In this document: positions 28,801-36,214 of the stretch, piece by piece
How positions within the stretch are numbered: the stretch's first letter is position 1
Layout: every line of letters starts with the position of its first letter
Made by a program: the position numbers and the translations under genes
Source of the DNA: Methanomassiliicoccaceae archaeon
Lineage (GTDB): Archaea > Thermoplasmatota > Thermoplasmata > Methanomassiliicoccales > Methanomassiliicoccaceae
Length of the DNA: 64,000 nucleotides
Assembly (NCBI GenBank): GCA_040776945.1
Contig: JAXGZN010000002.1
Coordinates: 64,001-128,000 of the forward strand
Direction of reading: 5' to 3'
The notes under the pieces: generated by a model
Told to the model about the DNA's origin: nothing
Database searches by the model: none
The model's input: only the letters and a program-made list of their open reading frames with translations

Positions 28801-30213
28801 AACCCCAGGCGTTGTGATGCTCTTGGTCACGCCATTGAGATCGCTGATATGGAGGACCTTCTGCCCTTCATAGGCCGTGGCAATGATTCCCACGGACACG
28901 TCACCAGCGCAGACAAGCTTGGGCTGGCCGCTTTCCACGAGCCTGACTCCGTCAGCATTTCTCATCTTTGAATCGGAATACTTGTAGAACTCAACGGTCG
29001 GTTTTGTACCAGCACTTCCCGATGATAGAACGTATGCCCCGATATCAATGACAGAGGCCTTGATCGATCCGCTGTTGACAGGGAACTGGGAAATAGCGCT
29101 TGAGTCCAATCCGCTCCCCTTGTGAACATACAGTCTCGCCTGGTTCGCGGTCATGGAGAGCACCATGAGGTCGGAGGACGATGCTCCGGAAACCCCTCCG
29201 ACGGCCAGCGATGTAGCGCCGTTGAACGAAAATGTCTGGCTGGGAGATGCAGAGATGCCTCCTTTGTTCTCCCTGATCTCGATCTGCTTGGAATCCATCC
29301 CATACTTGATGGTGACCAGGTCCTTGACCGTACCACTCCCGGAGTAATCCATGAACTTGATGTCTGCGATGGGCCCTCCGATGTCCAACGCAGAAGGGGA
29401 CCAGGAGGTCGAGAAAGTAGCTGGCTGAGTGAGGACCACAATGGAGCTACCATAGGCATCACCGGCGATAAGGTCCAGGCGACCATCACTATTAACATGG
29501 CCTGCAGTAAGTAGCTTGAGCTGGCTGAAGCCAGACAACTCAATATGCTTCTTGTCTGCGAGATTAATAAACGGCTGCCTCAGCAAAATGATGACGGCCG
29601 GATCCGTGCTCTCGGGTGCCCCCCCTCGGCATATAACGGCTAGTCCATTGGATCCAGAGTTGGAGAAATCGCCAATGACGATCTGCCACGGGTCATTATA
29701 GGTCTGTATCTGCAGATCTGCTAATGCGGAGAACGAGTTCTTTTGATAGAAGATCCCCACGCGGGGAAGGGAATTGGTCTGGTCAATGTAGGTGGCCGCG
29801 ATATCGTCTTTACCGTCACCGTCGAGGTCACCCACCGCGATCTTTCGAACATCGCTCATGACCAACGGAAGAGAGAACGAGGCTCCCAGCGTACCATTGC
29901 CGACGCCGTAATAAATCGTAATCTTGGTATCGGACGCGACCACCACATCCGGGATGCCATCATTGTTAAGGTCCCCTGTCGCCATATCCCTTACGCTGAT
30001 CAGATCGAGCGGGTACGATATCACGTGGTCGTTGAACACCGTGCCGCTCTTGAACAGGTTCTCGTTGGAATAATGGGAGGCTCCTGCGCCGGTGTCGTTC
30101 TCAAGGGAAACATGAGGCGGAGCTAGAAAGATGGCGAACGGAACGAGTAGAAGCAACGCCGCCGTGAACGTCGAGAGCGTGCAAGCTAAGGTTTTTTGTT
30201 TGTTCATCCGCAT
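25897..30213 (-). CDS. Large cell-surface protein: signal/TM, FG-GAP repeats, PKD domains, Ig-like domain, TM helix, cytoplasmic roadblock/longin-like domain, zinc ribbon
   Basis: At least eight GD(L/F)xxDGxxD(L/I/V)-type repeats; PKD motifs YRWDFGDG, RAWDLGDG, YRWNFGD; TM LLIYLLLCAGAVLGAFSLMY; CSYC/CPKC. Start 30213 or 30207. Confidence 0.88.
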   Translation of the reverse strand: MRMNKQKTLACTLSTFTAALLLLVPFAIFLAPPHVSLENDTGAGASHYSNENLFKSGTVFNDHVISYPLDLISVRDMATGDLNNDGIPDVVVASDTKITIYYGVGNGTLGASFSLPLVMSDVRKIAVGDLDGDGKDDIAATYIDQTNSLPRVGIFYQKNSFSALADLQIQTYNDPWQIVIGDFSNSGSNGLAVICRGGAPESTDPAVIILLRQPFINLADKKHIELSGFSQLKLLTAGHVNSDGRLDLIAGDAYGSSIVVLTQPATFSTSWSPSALDIGGPIADIKFMDYSGSGTVKDLVTIKYGMDSKQIEIRENKGGISASPSQTFSFNGATSLAVGGVSGASSSDLMVLSMTANQARLYVHKGSGLDSSAISQFPVNSGSIKASVIDIGAYVLSSGSAGTKPTVEFYKYSDSKMRNADGVRLVESGQPKLVCAGDVSVGIIATAYEGQKVLHISDLNGVTKSITTPGVPTSLFIGDLDGDGIGDLAVAFQSEDRVWALKGSGNFMSSASPVELQLGPHLTQPLSLTGGRLEAIGKNVLVVGGHDNIDVIYGPLSGSPVHEVIGTSYPGNRVDVAFGSIDPSGAGSGIAALNSNSGRIELYYVKGSPSIGDCYDSSYSASLLTPGFTPTSIAVGDFDGNGRDDVAVTTTSAQIKIFSNTGAGFTASSLPTASITLPGAAAQVRSGDLNDDGKDDLAVRYSSIAEIGIWLSRGSMIFSNPFDMTAGGVASGIAIADIDRDGRVDIAASSSTSKALSYWLQKDLAPDANLWYSPAILEVGETVSFDASNSTDSASDLSSLIYRWDFGDGNTSDLKFVRHQYTEKGAYSCSLTVTDRSGLADRIDFLVTVNKPMEARIWASKFSPLKGETIYLQDVSDVPNGVRSRAWDLGDGRTSTEPDVSVSYALPGYYNITLTVTDTTGRASNATLMLSVVQGTNPIEGLAANGGGTSFFMDQEILFELRTTSGGAPMVGFVWDMDYDVVAGFKANTGITINQTTWSYSTPGEHTVCVRNYNLNPFVEEYLTVYIMNARPVADIKVNMEGYGNFTFDASGSWDTATDNSSLRYRWNFGDIHGWTPFSNETRVVQNYTADGTYIVILEVMDQHGLVGSATYRAVVDSSPPAILLDSGMLASQVYRGDDLVIKVNVTDPSGVDRVLLVYTSNNETKTLIMSRVSGTDTYVATIPAADVTAGLTYYIEAVDSDGIGIKSAIMGISLTDRPDSLLIYLLLCAGAVLGAFSLMYHRARMVVDDVFIIYNDGNLMAHQTRRLKPGVDDQILGSMLVAIQNFVKDSFKDEASTGLNRMDFGEKKVLVEKGDHIYLAVVLHGKREGRVPQRMREAISKAENDYYEALAGWDGDLEKVRGIKDETDPLLRTGLRDIMPSIPFIGKESAPPVEMTVCSYCETTYPASEPKCPKCGTVEKAKARSEDAVEGAGEPAA

Positions 30214-30258
30214 CCCTCGATGACCAGCGGAAATCATTATAAGCGTATATAATTCTAT

Positions 30259-30330
30259 TTAAATGATAATTGCTGATCAATACCGACCGCTCCAGAGGGC
30301 GTTTTTCGATATTATCATTTAATAATGATA
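30259..30330. promoter_or_regulatory. AT-rich inverted repeats in divergent promoter (candidate operator)
   Basis: TTAAATGATAAT (30259-30270) is the exact reverse complement of ATTATCATTTAA (30311-30322); an overlapping palindrome TATCATT-taat-AATGATA spans 30313-30330. Confidence 0.6.
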
Positions 30331-30363
30331 TCAACGCGGATAATCTGAAAATGACCCTTTTAT

Positions 30364-30786
30364 ATGGTGCCGTTGGTGGCTAGATCAGGATGGGATGCAA
30401 TGTACTTCGACCTAGCTCAGCTGGCATGTGATATCGATAGCAGGAAGATCCTCTCGACGATCGACACAAAGCCCAGATCAGCACGCGAGATCGCCGCGAT
30501 AACAAACCTATCGGTCTCTCGGACGTATCGCATGGTCAAGGAAATGGAACATATGAACATCCTGAACCGAACAGACCCCGACAGCCGGATCACCTATTAT
30601 GTCTCGAACCTGCGTTCGGTAGAGCTAAGCCTTGAGGACGACCGGCTGGAACTGGTCATCAATTATCGCGACGGATCCAGGACCGAGATGAGGATGGACG
30701 CCGGAGAATTGGAACGGACCGCTCAGGGGCCCTACTCTCAGGCCCTTTTCGCCGAGGGCTCCAGCGAACCTTCCACGGCTGCGTAG
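30364..30786 (+). CDS. Winged-helix (ArsR-like) transcriptional regulator
   Basis: SRKILSTI..KPRSAREIAAITNLSVSRTYRMVKEM HTH; real start may be ATG 30400. Confidence 0.8.
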   Translation: MVPLVARSGWDAMYFDLAQLACDIDSRKILSTIDTKPRSAREIAAITNLSVSRTYRMVKEMEHMNILNRTDPDSRITYYVSNLRSVELSLEDDRLELVINYRDGSRTEMRMDAGELERTAQGPYSQALFAEGSSEPSTAA

Positions 30787-31034
30787 ATGGACTCGGCCAT
30801 CTCTGCGGCCCTCTCCTTTCTTTCCGAGCCTGTCAGCAGCATGCGGCCGCTGGCGTAGAACGTGACCTCATGATGGTGGCCTTTGGCTATGACCATCAGG
30901 CCCTGGGAAACGACCTCATATCCTTTGCTCTCCAAGAGCTTGGCCGCCACGTCAAGGTCATACCTCAGCATCTGGGTGGGAACGATCGATACTGCCTCTT
31001 CCTTGCATAGGCGGATCACTTTGAACCTGACCAC
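30738..31034 (-). CDS. Small hypothetical protein (possible TBP-like fold)
   Basis: 98-aa ORF overlapping the 3' end of the upstream kinase gene; RLC...TFYASGRMLLTG pattern. Confidence 0.65.
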   Translation of the reverse strand: MVRFKVIRLCKEEAVSIVPTQMLRYDLDVAAKLLESKGYEVVSQGLMVIAKGHHHEVTFYASGRMLLTGSERKERAAEMAESIYAAVEGSLEPSAKRA

Positions 31035-31564
31035 GTTCTCCGCAGCTCCTCAAACGCGCTTTCCCTGAACCTCTCCAGGGTGTCTTCGTTAACTATCATG
31101 ACATCGGCCATGGCGATAAGGGACCCCAGGCCCCAGCCGAGCTCCCGCATGTCTCTCTCCCGGAAGGCCTCTGGATCACTCGGGGCATCGTAACGGGCTC
31201 GCCTCTGCAGCCTGTGAAAGCGCTTCTCCGGGGAGGTATGGATGGCGACCAATCTCAGTCCGCTCCCCAGGGCACGGCGGAACACCTCAAGCTCGGCGAG
31301 GCTTCTGGAGCCATCTATGATGACGTCCCCTTCCCCCAGCACTTGGAGGCATCTCTCGGCCCATATGCCCGGGCCTCGGGCCTCGCGCTCCTTATTGGCG
31401 AAGCCGCCCACCCCCCGCTCGTCCATGGTGGCCCCTTGGCGCTCGGCCTCCTCCCTGACCACATCCCCCATCCGGATGACATCGTAACCTGCCTTCAGGG
31501 CAACCTGCACGAACTCCTCCTTGCCCGCTCCGGGCATACCCGTTAGAATGATCACTCTAGCCAA
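31016..31564 (-). CDS. UPF0200 family P-loop kinase (dephospho-CoA kinase-like)
   Basis: GMPGAGK, MGDVVREE, IDGSRS, RDMRELGWGLG, ADVMIVNE; TTG start inferred. Confidence 0.85.
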   Translation of the reverse strand: MARVIILTGMPGAGKEEFVQVALKAGYDVIRMGDVVREEAERQGATMDERGVGGFANKEREARGPGIWAERCLQVLGEGDVIIDGSRSLAELEVFRRALGSGLRLVAIHTSPEKRFHRLQRRARYDAPSDPEAFRERDMRELGWGLGSLIAMADVMIVNEDTLERFRESAFEELRRTWSGSK

Positions 31565-31787
31565 AAGAACGACCTGCTGCACCGTTGAAGGCCAATTACA
31601 TACTAGTTCTTTTCTTGCCCCTCTCATCGCGAAAGCTCACCGCGTCCCCCCGGTCTCTGGCCGATGGGACCGATGACTGGTTTGACTTTAAATTTTGGTT
31701 TTCTGCCCCCTTACATTTATAATCATGCTCTCGCTTATCTACATTACACCTGGAAGGACCAGATAGAACTGGCAGCTCCAGGCTCCA

Positions 31788-32195
31788 ATGACTGGAGGAA
31801 GGCAGTTGCAGGACGCCAAGTCGGTCGAGAACATCCTTGAGGAGATCATCAACGGGGAATTTCCCCAGGGTAAGAGCATTCAGAGCGTCTCCATAGTATC
31901 CAAGACTGGACTGATGGTGGCAGGGAAGGCCGCATCATCGGCCAGGGCTGAAACTTTCTCGGCCATGGCCGCGATCATGTTCTCGGCGGCGGAGGCCACC
32001 AAGAACGACATCTTCAAGGACAAGATCGACTACGTCATAGCTGTGTTCCGCAACACCAAACTTTTCATTTCCGAACTTTCGTCCAGCCTTCTTATAGTTG
32101 CCACCGTGGACCGGGACACCGATGACGGACGGATCTTGGAAAACATGAACCACATCGTGACACGGACCAAAGAAGAGCTGGTCTGGCTTAGATGA
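31788..32195 (+). CDS. Roadblock/LC7 domain protein
   Basis: IQSVSIVSKTGLMVA...ETFSAMAAIMFSAAE pattern; 135 aa. Confidence 0.85.
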   Translation: MTGGRQLQDAKSVENILEEIINGEFPQGKSIQSVSIVSKTGLMVAGKAASSARAETFSAMAAIMFSAAEATKNDIFKDKIDYVIAVFRNTKLFISELSSSLLIVATVDRDTDDGRILENMNHIVTRTKEELVWLR

Positions 32196-32205
32196 CATCG
32201 CCCCT

Positions 32206-32240
32206 ATGGGGGCCGCGGCGGTCCGCGGATGGCCCCCCAT
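32206..32240. terminator. GC-rich stem-loop between convergent roadblock and pyrI genes
   Basis: ATGGGGGCC...GGCCCCCCAT arms enclosing two CCGCGG elements. Confidence 0.35.
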
Positions 32241-32392
32241 CTCCATAGGTCCCTATTTTGGAGGGGTCGTAGCCATGTCCTCGCCTCTCAATGTCCTTTG
32301 ACGTCTCAGAGGGCATAGGGGCTCTCCAAGCATCATGAATGCATGCGGGATGAACACGGAAGGCCGGTCATCCCGATCCCATGGACCGGGGT

Positions 32393-32848
32393 TCAGACCA
32401 ACCGTTCGGCGAAATCTTCCTGGATGCGCTCACAGTAGAAGCACCGAAGGACCGCCGGTTCTTTTGATTCGACGATGAACTGAGGTTCGACCGGCTCGTT
32501 CTTGTTGGTGATGCAGTTAGGATTTCCGCATTTCACGATGCCCCTCACCACGTCCGGCATCCTCACATTGTATTTCTCAGAGACGTTGAAGTCACGGATG
32601 ATGTTGATGGTCGCCTTCGGCGCGATGAGCGATATCTTGTCCACCTCGCGGGGGTCCAGTTCGCGGTCCTCAACCTTCACCACGTCCTTCCAACCATCCC
32701 TTTTGGAAGGGACCCTCATAAGCACCGAGACGGTGGAGGCAACGTCGCCGGTCACGCCTATGATCCTGAGCACCTTCAATGCCTGGCCGCAATCGATATG
32801 ATCGATGACCGTCCCGTTGCGTATGGGGGTCACTCTGAAATCCTTCAT
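32393..32848 (-). CDS. pyrI: Aspartate carbamoyltransferase regulatory subunit
   Basis: IRNGTVIDHI, ATINII, CGNPNCIT, CFYCE. Confidence 0.96.
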   Translation of the reverse strand: MKDFRVTPIRNGTVIDHIDCGQALKVLRIIGVTGDVASTVSVLMRVPSKRDGWKDVVKVEDRELDPREVDKISLIAPKATINIIRDFNVSEKYNVRMPDVVRGIVKCGNPNCITNKNEPVEPQFIVESKEPAVLRCFYCERIQEDFAERLV

Positions 32849-33777
32849 TAGATCTCACCTCCCATGACCAGCGAGAGGAGCGCCATCCTCACCGGCACTC
32901 CATTGAACGCTTGCACGAAGTACTTGGCGTTCTCGGTATCATCGACCTCCGGGGCTATTTCATCGACCCGGGGAAGGGGATGCATTATGACCAGGTTCTT
33001 CTTGGCCTCGCGGAGCAGGGCATTGTCCACCCGGTAGCAGCCTGCGACCTTCTGGTACTCCGCCGGGTCGGGAAACCTCTCCTTTTGTATCCTGGTGACG
33101 TACAGGACATCGGCCTCCGCGATGACTGACTCCAGGTTGGATGACAGCTTCGCGCTAACTCCCGCTTTCTCCAGATGCCTCACCGTCTCGCGGGGCATCT
33201 GCAAAAGGGAGGGCGCCACGAAGGTGAGGTCCGCCCCGAACATGGCCAGCGCCTCTGCCAGGGAATGCACCGTGCGGCCGTACTTAAGGTCGCCGACCAT
33301 CACCACGTTCTTCCCATTGAAATCACCGCTCTGCTGCTTTATCGTAAAGAGGTCCAGCAGTGTCTGGGTCGGATGCTGGCCCGCACCGTCCCCGGCATTG
33401 ATGACGGGATTCGATGAAAAGTGGGCCGCTAGTCTGGCCGCCCCCTCGTGAGGATGCCGGAGGACTATCGCATCGGAGTAGCAATCGACCATGCGTATGG
33501 TATCGGCCAGGGTCTCGCCCTTGACCGTGGAGGATGTCAGGGGCTGGGCGATCTCTATGCATCTCCCACCGGCTCGGGACATTGCGCTCTCGAAGGACAA
33601 ACGAGTCCTTGTGGACGGCTCAAAGAACAGGTTGGCAAGGATCTTGCCATCGAGGATCTTGGTTGTCTTCTCTCCCTTGGCATATGGTACCATCTTTTGT
33701 GCCAGGTCGAGCACCTGCTCGATCTGTTCCCTGCTCAGGTCCCGAACAGAGACGACATCCATCCCTTTGAACGTCAT
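32848..33777 (-). CDS. pyrB: Aspartate carbamoyltransferase catalytic subunit
   Basis: FFEPSTRTRLSF, HPTQTLLD, GDLKYGRTVHSL, MHPLPR. Confidence 0.97.
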   Translation of the reverse strand: MTFKGMDVVSVRDLSREQIEQVLDLAQKMVPYAKGEKTTKILDGKILANLFFEPSTRTRLSFESAMSRAGGRCIEIAQPLTSSTVKGETLADTIRMVDCYSDAIVLRHPHEGAARLAAHFSSNPVINAGDGAGQHPTQTLLDLFTIKQQSGDFNGKNVVMVGDLKYGRTVHSLAEALAMFGADLTFVAPSLLQMPRETVRHLEKAGVSAKLSSNLESVIAEADVLYVTRIQKERFPDPAEYQKVAGCYRVDNALLREAKKNLVIMHPLPRVDEIAPEVDDTENAKYFVQAFNGVPVRMALLSLVMGGEI

Positions 33778-33838
33778 GGGGGTCGGTTGAGAATGGTCTA
33801 GGGGGTAATAATAACTGTTCCAGCACCTTACCGATGCA

Positions 33839-34216
33839 TCACGGCACATCATCGGAAAGATAGTGCTCATCATAGCGGGCGAGGGCCTCGTTCATCCTTC
33901 TGCTCCACTCCTTGACACACTGCTCCATCTTCCTTTTCAGAGCTTCCCTGTCTATTGCGCTGTAGACGTGGTAGTAGCCACCCTTCTCCAACGACCGGGT
34001 CTCTCTCAGGCACATCCCGCAGCTCAAGAGCTTCTGCAGCGCCCGGTACACCCCCGACCTCTCCTTCCCCATGCGCTCGGCGAGCTCGTCGGCCCTCATC
34101 GGCCCGTACTTCGACGCGGCGCGGAAGACATCGACCTCAAAATCGTTGAGACTAAAGGCGCACTGAACGATATCTCGACATGAGGATATCGTCGCGATGG
34201 ATCTTTGAGGCGGCAT
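33839..34216 (-). CDS. TrmB-like HTH transcriptional regulator (COG3355-type)
   Basis: ADELAERMGKERSGVYRALQKL HTH, GGYYHVY wing; Cys in SCRDIVQC and SCGMC. Confidence 0.82.
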   Translation of the reverse strand: MPPQRSIATISSCRDIVQCAFSLNDFEVDVFRAASKYGPMRADELAERMGKERSGVYRALQKLLSCGMCLRETRSLEKGGYYHVYSAIDREALKRKMEQCVKEWSRRMNEALARYDEHYLSDDVP

Positions 34217-34250
34217 CCTTCTCCATCCCCTCCGCGTCCTTAGGAAATCA

Positions 34251-34274
34251 TTATAAAGGAGCGGTTATATATAG
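34251..34274. promoter_or_regulatory. Back-to-back TATA boxes of regulator / tusA operon
   Basis: TTATAAA (34251) and TTATATATA (34265) in the 97-bp divergent spacer. Confidence 0.55.
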
Positions 34275-34313
34275 TTATTGCACAACCGTGCAAAACCGAT
34301 AGGACGGTGTAAT

Positions 34314-34538
34314 ATGGTGGAAGTACTGGATGCCAAGGGACTGATGTGCCCTATGCCGATCGTGCAGTTGGCGAAGAAGATGAAGGCGATGAAGGTCGGG
34401 GACGAGCTCGACCTGATATCGGACGACGTGGGGTCCAAGGCCGACGTTCCCGCATGGTGCGAGAGGACCGGGAACCAGCTTGTGGAGACGAAGGAGGCCA
34501 ACGGGGTCTTTACCTATCGCATAAAGAAGCTGAAATGA
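34314..34538 (+). CDS. tusA: Sulfur carrier protein TusA family
   Basis: VLDAKGLMCPMPIV (CPxP), DVPAWC, 74 aa. Confidence 0.92.
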   Translation: MVEVLDAKGLMCPMPIVQLAKKMKAMKVGDELDLISDDVGSKADVPAWCERTGNQLVETKEANGVFTYRIKKLK

Positions 34539-34712
34539 GATACGGTAGTGTTGCCCGGGCAGGCCCTGTCCGGACGCGGAGCGGGCATCAGGGCGAAGCT
34601 GGGCCCGGTGCTTGGCGAGAAGGCCCGGGCGCAAGGGATCAGCATCGACTTCCGGCCGGCAGACGGCCGTGATAGCTAATGGATCAAGTTCAAGAGAGCA
34701 AGGGGTGAGCTA

Positions 34713-35123
34713 ATGGCCGATACAAAGCGCGTAGTTATGGTGGTGTCCGAGGGCACCTTCGACAAGGGAATGATGGCAATGATAATCGCGAACACCGCCG
34801 CAAGCATGGGAATGGATGTTCACATATTCTTCACGTTCTTTGGTTTGAACCTGCTGAAGAAAGGGGCCAAGCCGAAGCTTCCTGGCATGTTCCGGCTTTT
34901 CACCGGCATGTTCACCAAGCGGATGGCAAAGGGAGGCATCGCTGACTTCCCGGAGCAGTTATCAATGGCCTTGGACCTTGGAGTGAACCTGTATGCGTGC
35001 AGCACCACGATGTCGCTGTTGAGCATTGAACAAGGGGACATGATAGACGGTGTCAAGGTCCTGGGGGCGGCCGGCTTCCTCAATGTGGCCGCCGACGCTG
35101 ACATGCAGTACTTCATTGGGTGA
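34713..35123 (+). CDS. DsrE2/DsrE3-like sulfurtransferase (peroxiredoxin-like DsrE family)
   Basis: AASMGMDVHIFFTFFGLNLL, LYACSTTM, GAAGFL. Confidence 0.85.
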   Translation: MADTKRVVMVVSEGTFDKGMMAMIIANTAASMGMDVHIFFTFFGLNLLKKGAKPKLPGMFRLFTGMFTKRMAKGGIADFPEQLSMALDLGVNLYACSTTMSLLSIEQGDMIDGVKVLGAAGFLNVAADADMQYFIG

Positions 35124-35134
35124 GGTGCGTCCCG

Positions 35135-35437
35135 ATGCCGTCAAAGCTGTTCATCTTATTGAAATCGCCCCACGAGTATCGCGACCTCGATGCGGTGGCC
35201 GCTCTTGGAGGGGACGATCGGGTCGGCGTCCTGCTTTTCGAGGACGCCACCCTCTTCCCGGCGCTCAAGGACCGCAGGGACGAACTCATCGACGTCGCCG
35301 ATGAGATCTACGTGATGGGAGATGACCTGGATGCCCGAGGGCTTAGGAGCAAGGTAGGCAAGGAGTTCCAGGTGATCGATTATCCCCGGGCGGTCGATCT
35401 CATCATGGACGAGTTCGACCAGACCATAACACTATGA
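35135..35437 (+). CDS. DsrH/TusB-like sulfur relay subunit
   Basis: KSP, LLFEDAT, YVMGDDLDARGL, IDYPRAVDL. Confidence 0.82.
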   Translation: MPSKLFILLKSPHEYRDLDAVAALGGDDRVGVLLFEDATLFPALKDRRDELIDVADEIYVMGDDLDARGLRSKVGKEFQVIDYPRAVDLIMDEFDQTITL

Positions 35438-35446
35438 GGCTTGGAT

Positions 35447-35803
35447 ATGGGTACATTGTGCATTCAGTTGCGCTCCGGAACGATGATGAACATGGACTCC
35501 AACGTGGCGGTCAAGCTTGCGAAGGCGGCCATGGACAAGGGGCATAAGGTGACGATGTTCGGCTATGGGGAGGCGGTCACGCTCATAAAGGATGGTCAGG
35601 ACCCCAAACGATTCCCAAATGTTGGCAAGGAGATCTCGAAGATGACGGCAGAAGGCCTGGAGGTGGTGGTCTGCGAGACATGTTGCGTTGCCCGGGGCAT
35701 CCACCGCGGGGAGGAGATCAGGGGGACGAAGATCGGGAGCCTGACCAACGACTTCTCAAGGATGGCGGCGGAAGCTGACCGCCTGGTGACGATAGCAAGG
35801 TGA
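35447..35803 (+). CDS. DsrE/TusD-like sulfur relay subunit
   Basis: LAKAAMDKGHKVTMFGYGEAV, VCETCCVARGI with the conserved Cys. Confidence 0.85.
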   Translation: MGTLCIQLRSGTMMNMDSNVAVKLAKAAMDKGHKVTMFGYGEAVTLIKDGQDPKRFPNVGKEISKMTAEGLEVVVCETCCVARGIHRGEEIRGTKIGSLTNDFSRMAAEADRLVTIAR

Positions 35804-35807
35804 TCGG

Positions 35808-36167
35808 ATGGCAGAAAGCATGCTTGTTCTGATAACCAGACCCCCTTATGGACTGGAGGAGGCGTTCGCCGGGGCCAGGCTGGCCCTGGGAGGGAAAGTG
35901 TCCGGGGTCATGGACGAGACCAGCGTATTGCTGATAGGTGACGGGACGCTCAACGCCCTGGAGGCCCAGAACCCCGCGGCGGTGGCCATGCCCTCGAACC
36001 TTGAGGCTCTGCAGGATATACTGGACCTAGATGGCCAGGTGTTCTGCGTTGAGCCGGACCTCCGAGAGCGGGTCGGGGACATGAAGGTCCTGGACGGGAT
36101 CAAAATGATCTCCTGGGACGAGGCCCGGGAGATAGTGAACGCTCACCAGCTCGTGACCACCTTCTGA
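35808..36167 (+). CDS. DsrF/TusC-like sulfur relay subunit
   Basis: ITRPPYG, LIGDG, DLRER. Confidence 0.82.
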   Translation: MAESMLVLITRPPYGLEEAFAGARLALGGKVSGVMDETSVLLIGDGTLNALEAQNPAAVAMPSNLEALQDILDLDGQVFCVEPDLRERVGDMKVLDGIKMISWDEAREIVNAHQLVTTF

Positions 36168-36185
36168 AACCCCTTCTCCCGCTCA

Positions 36186-36194
36186 TTTTATAAA
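36186..36194 (+). promoter_or_regulatory. TATA box upstream of arcS (probable leaderless transcript)
   Basis: TTTTATAAA ending about 20 nt before ATG 36215. Confidence 0.55.
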
Positions 36195-36214
36195 GCCAAG
36201 GTCAATCAACGTGC

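Noticed and set aside
34539-34679. 46 open codons in frame after the tusA TGA (possible selenocysteine read-through or small gene)
   Set aside because: TusA is already full length, the TGA is not at a Cys-equivalent position, no SECIS is evident, and short open frames are common at this GC content.
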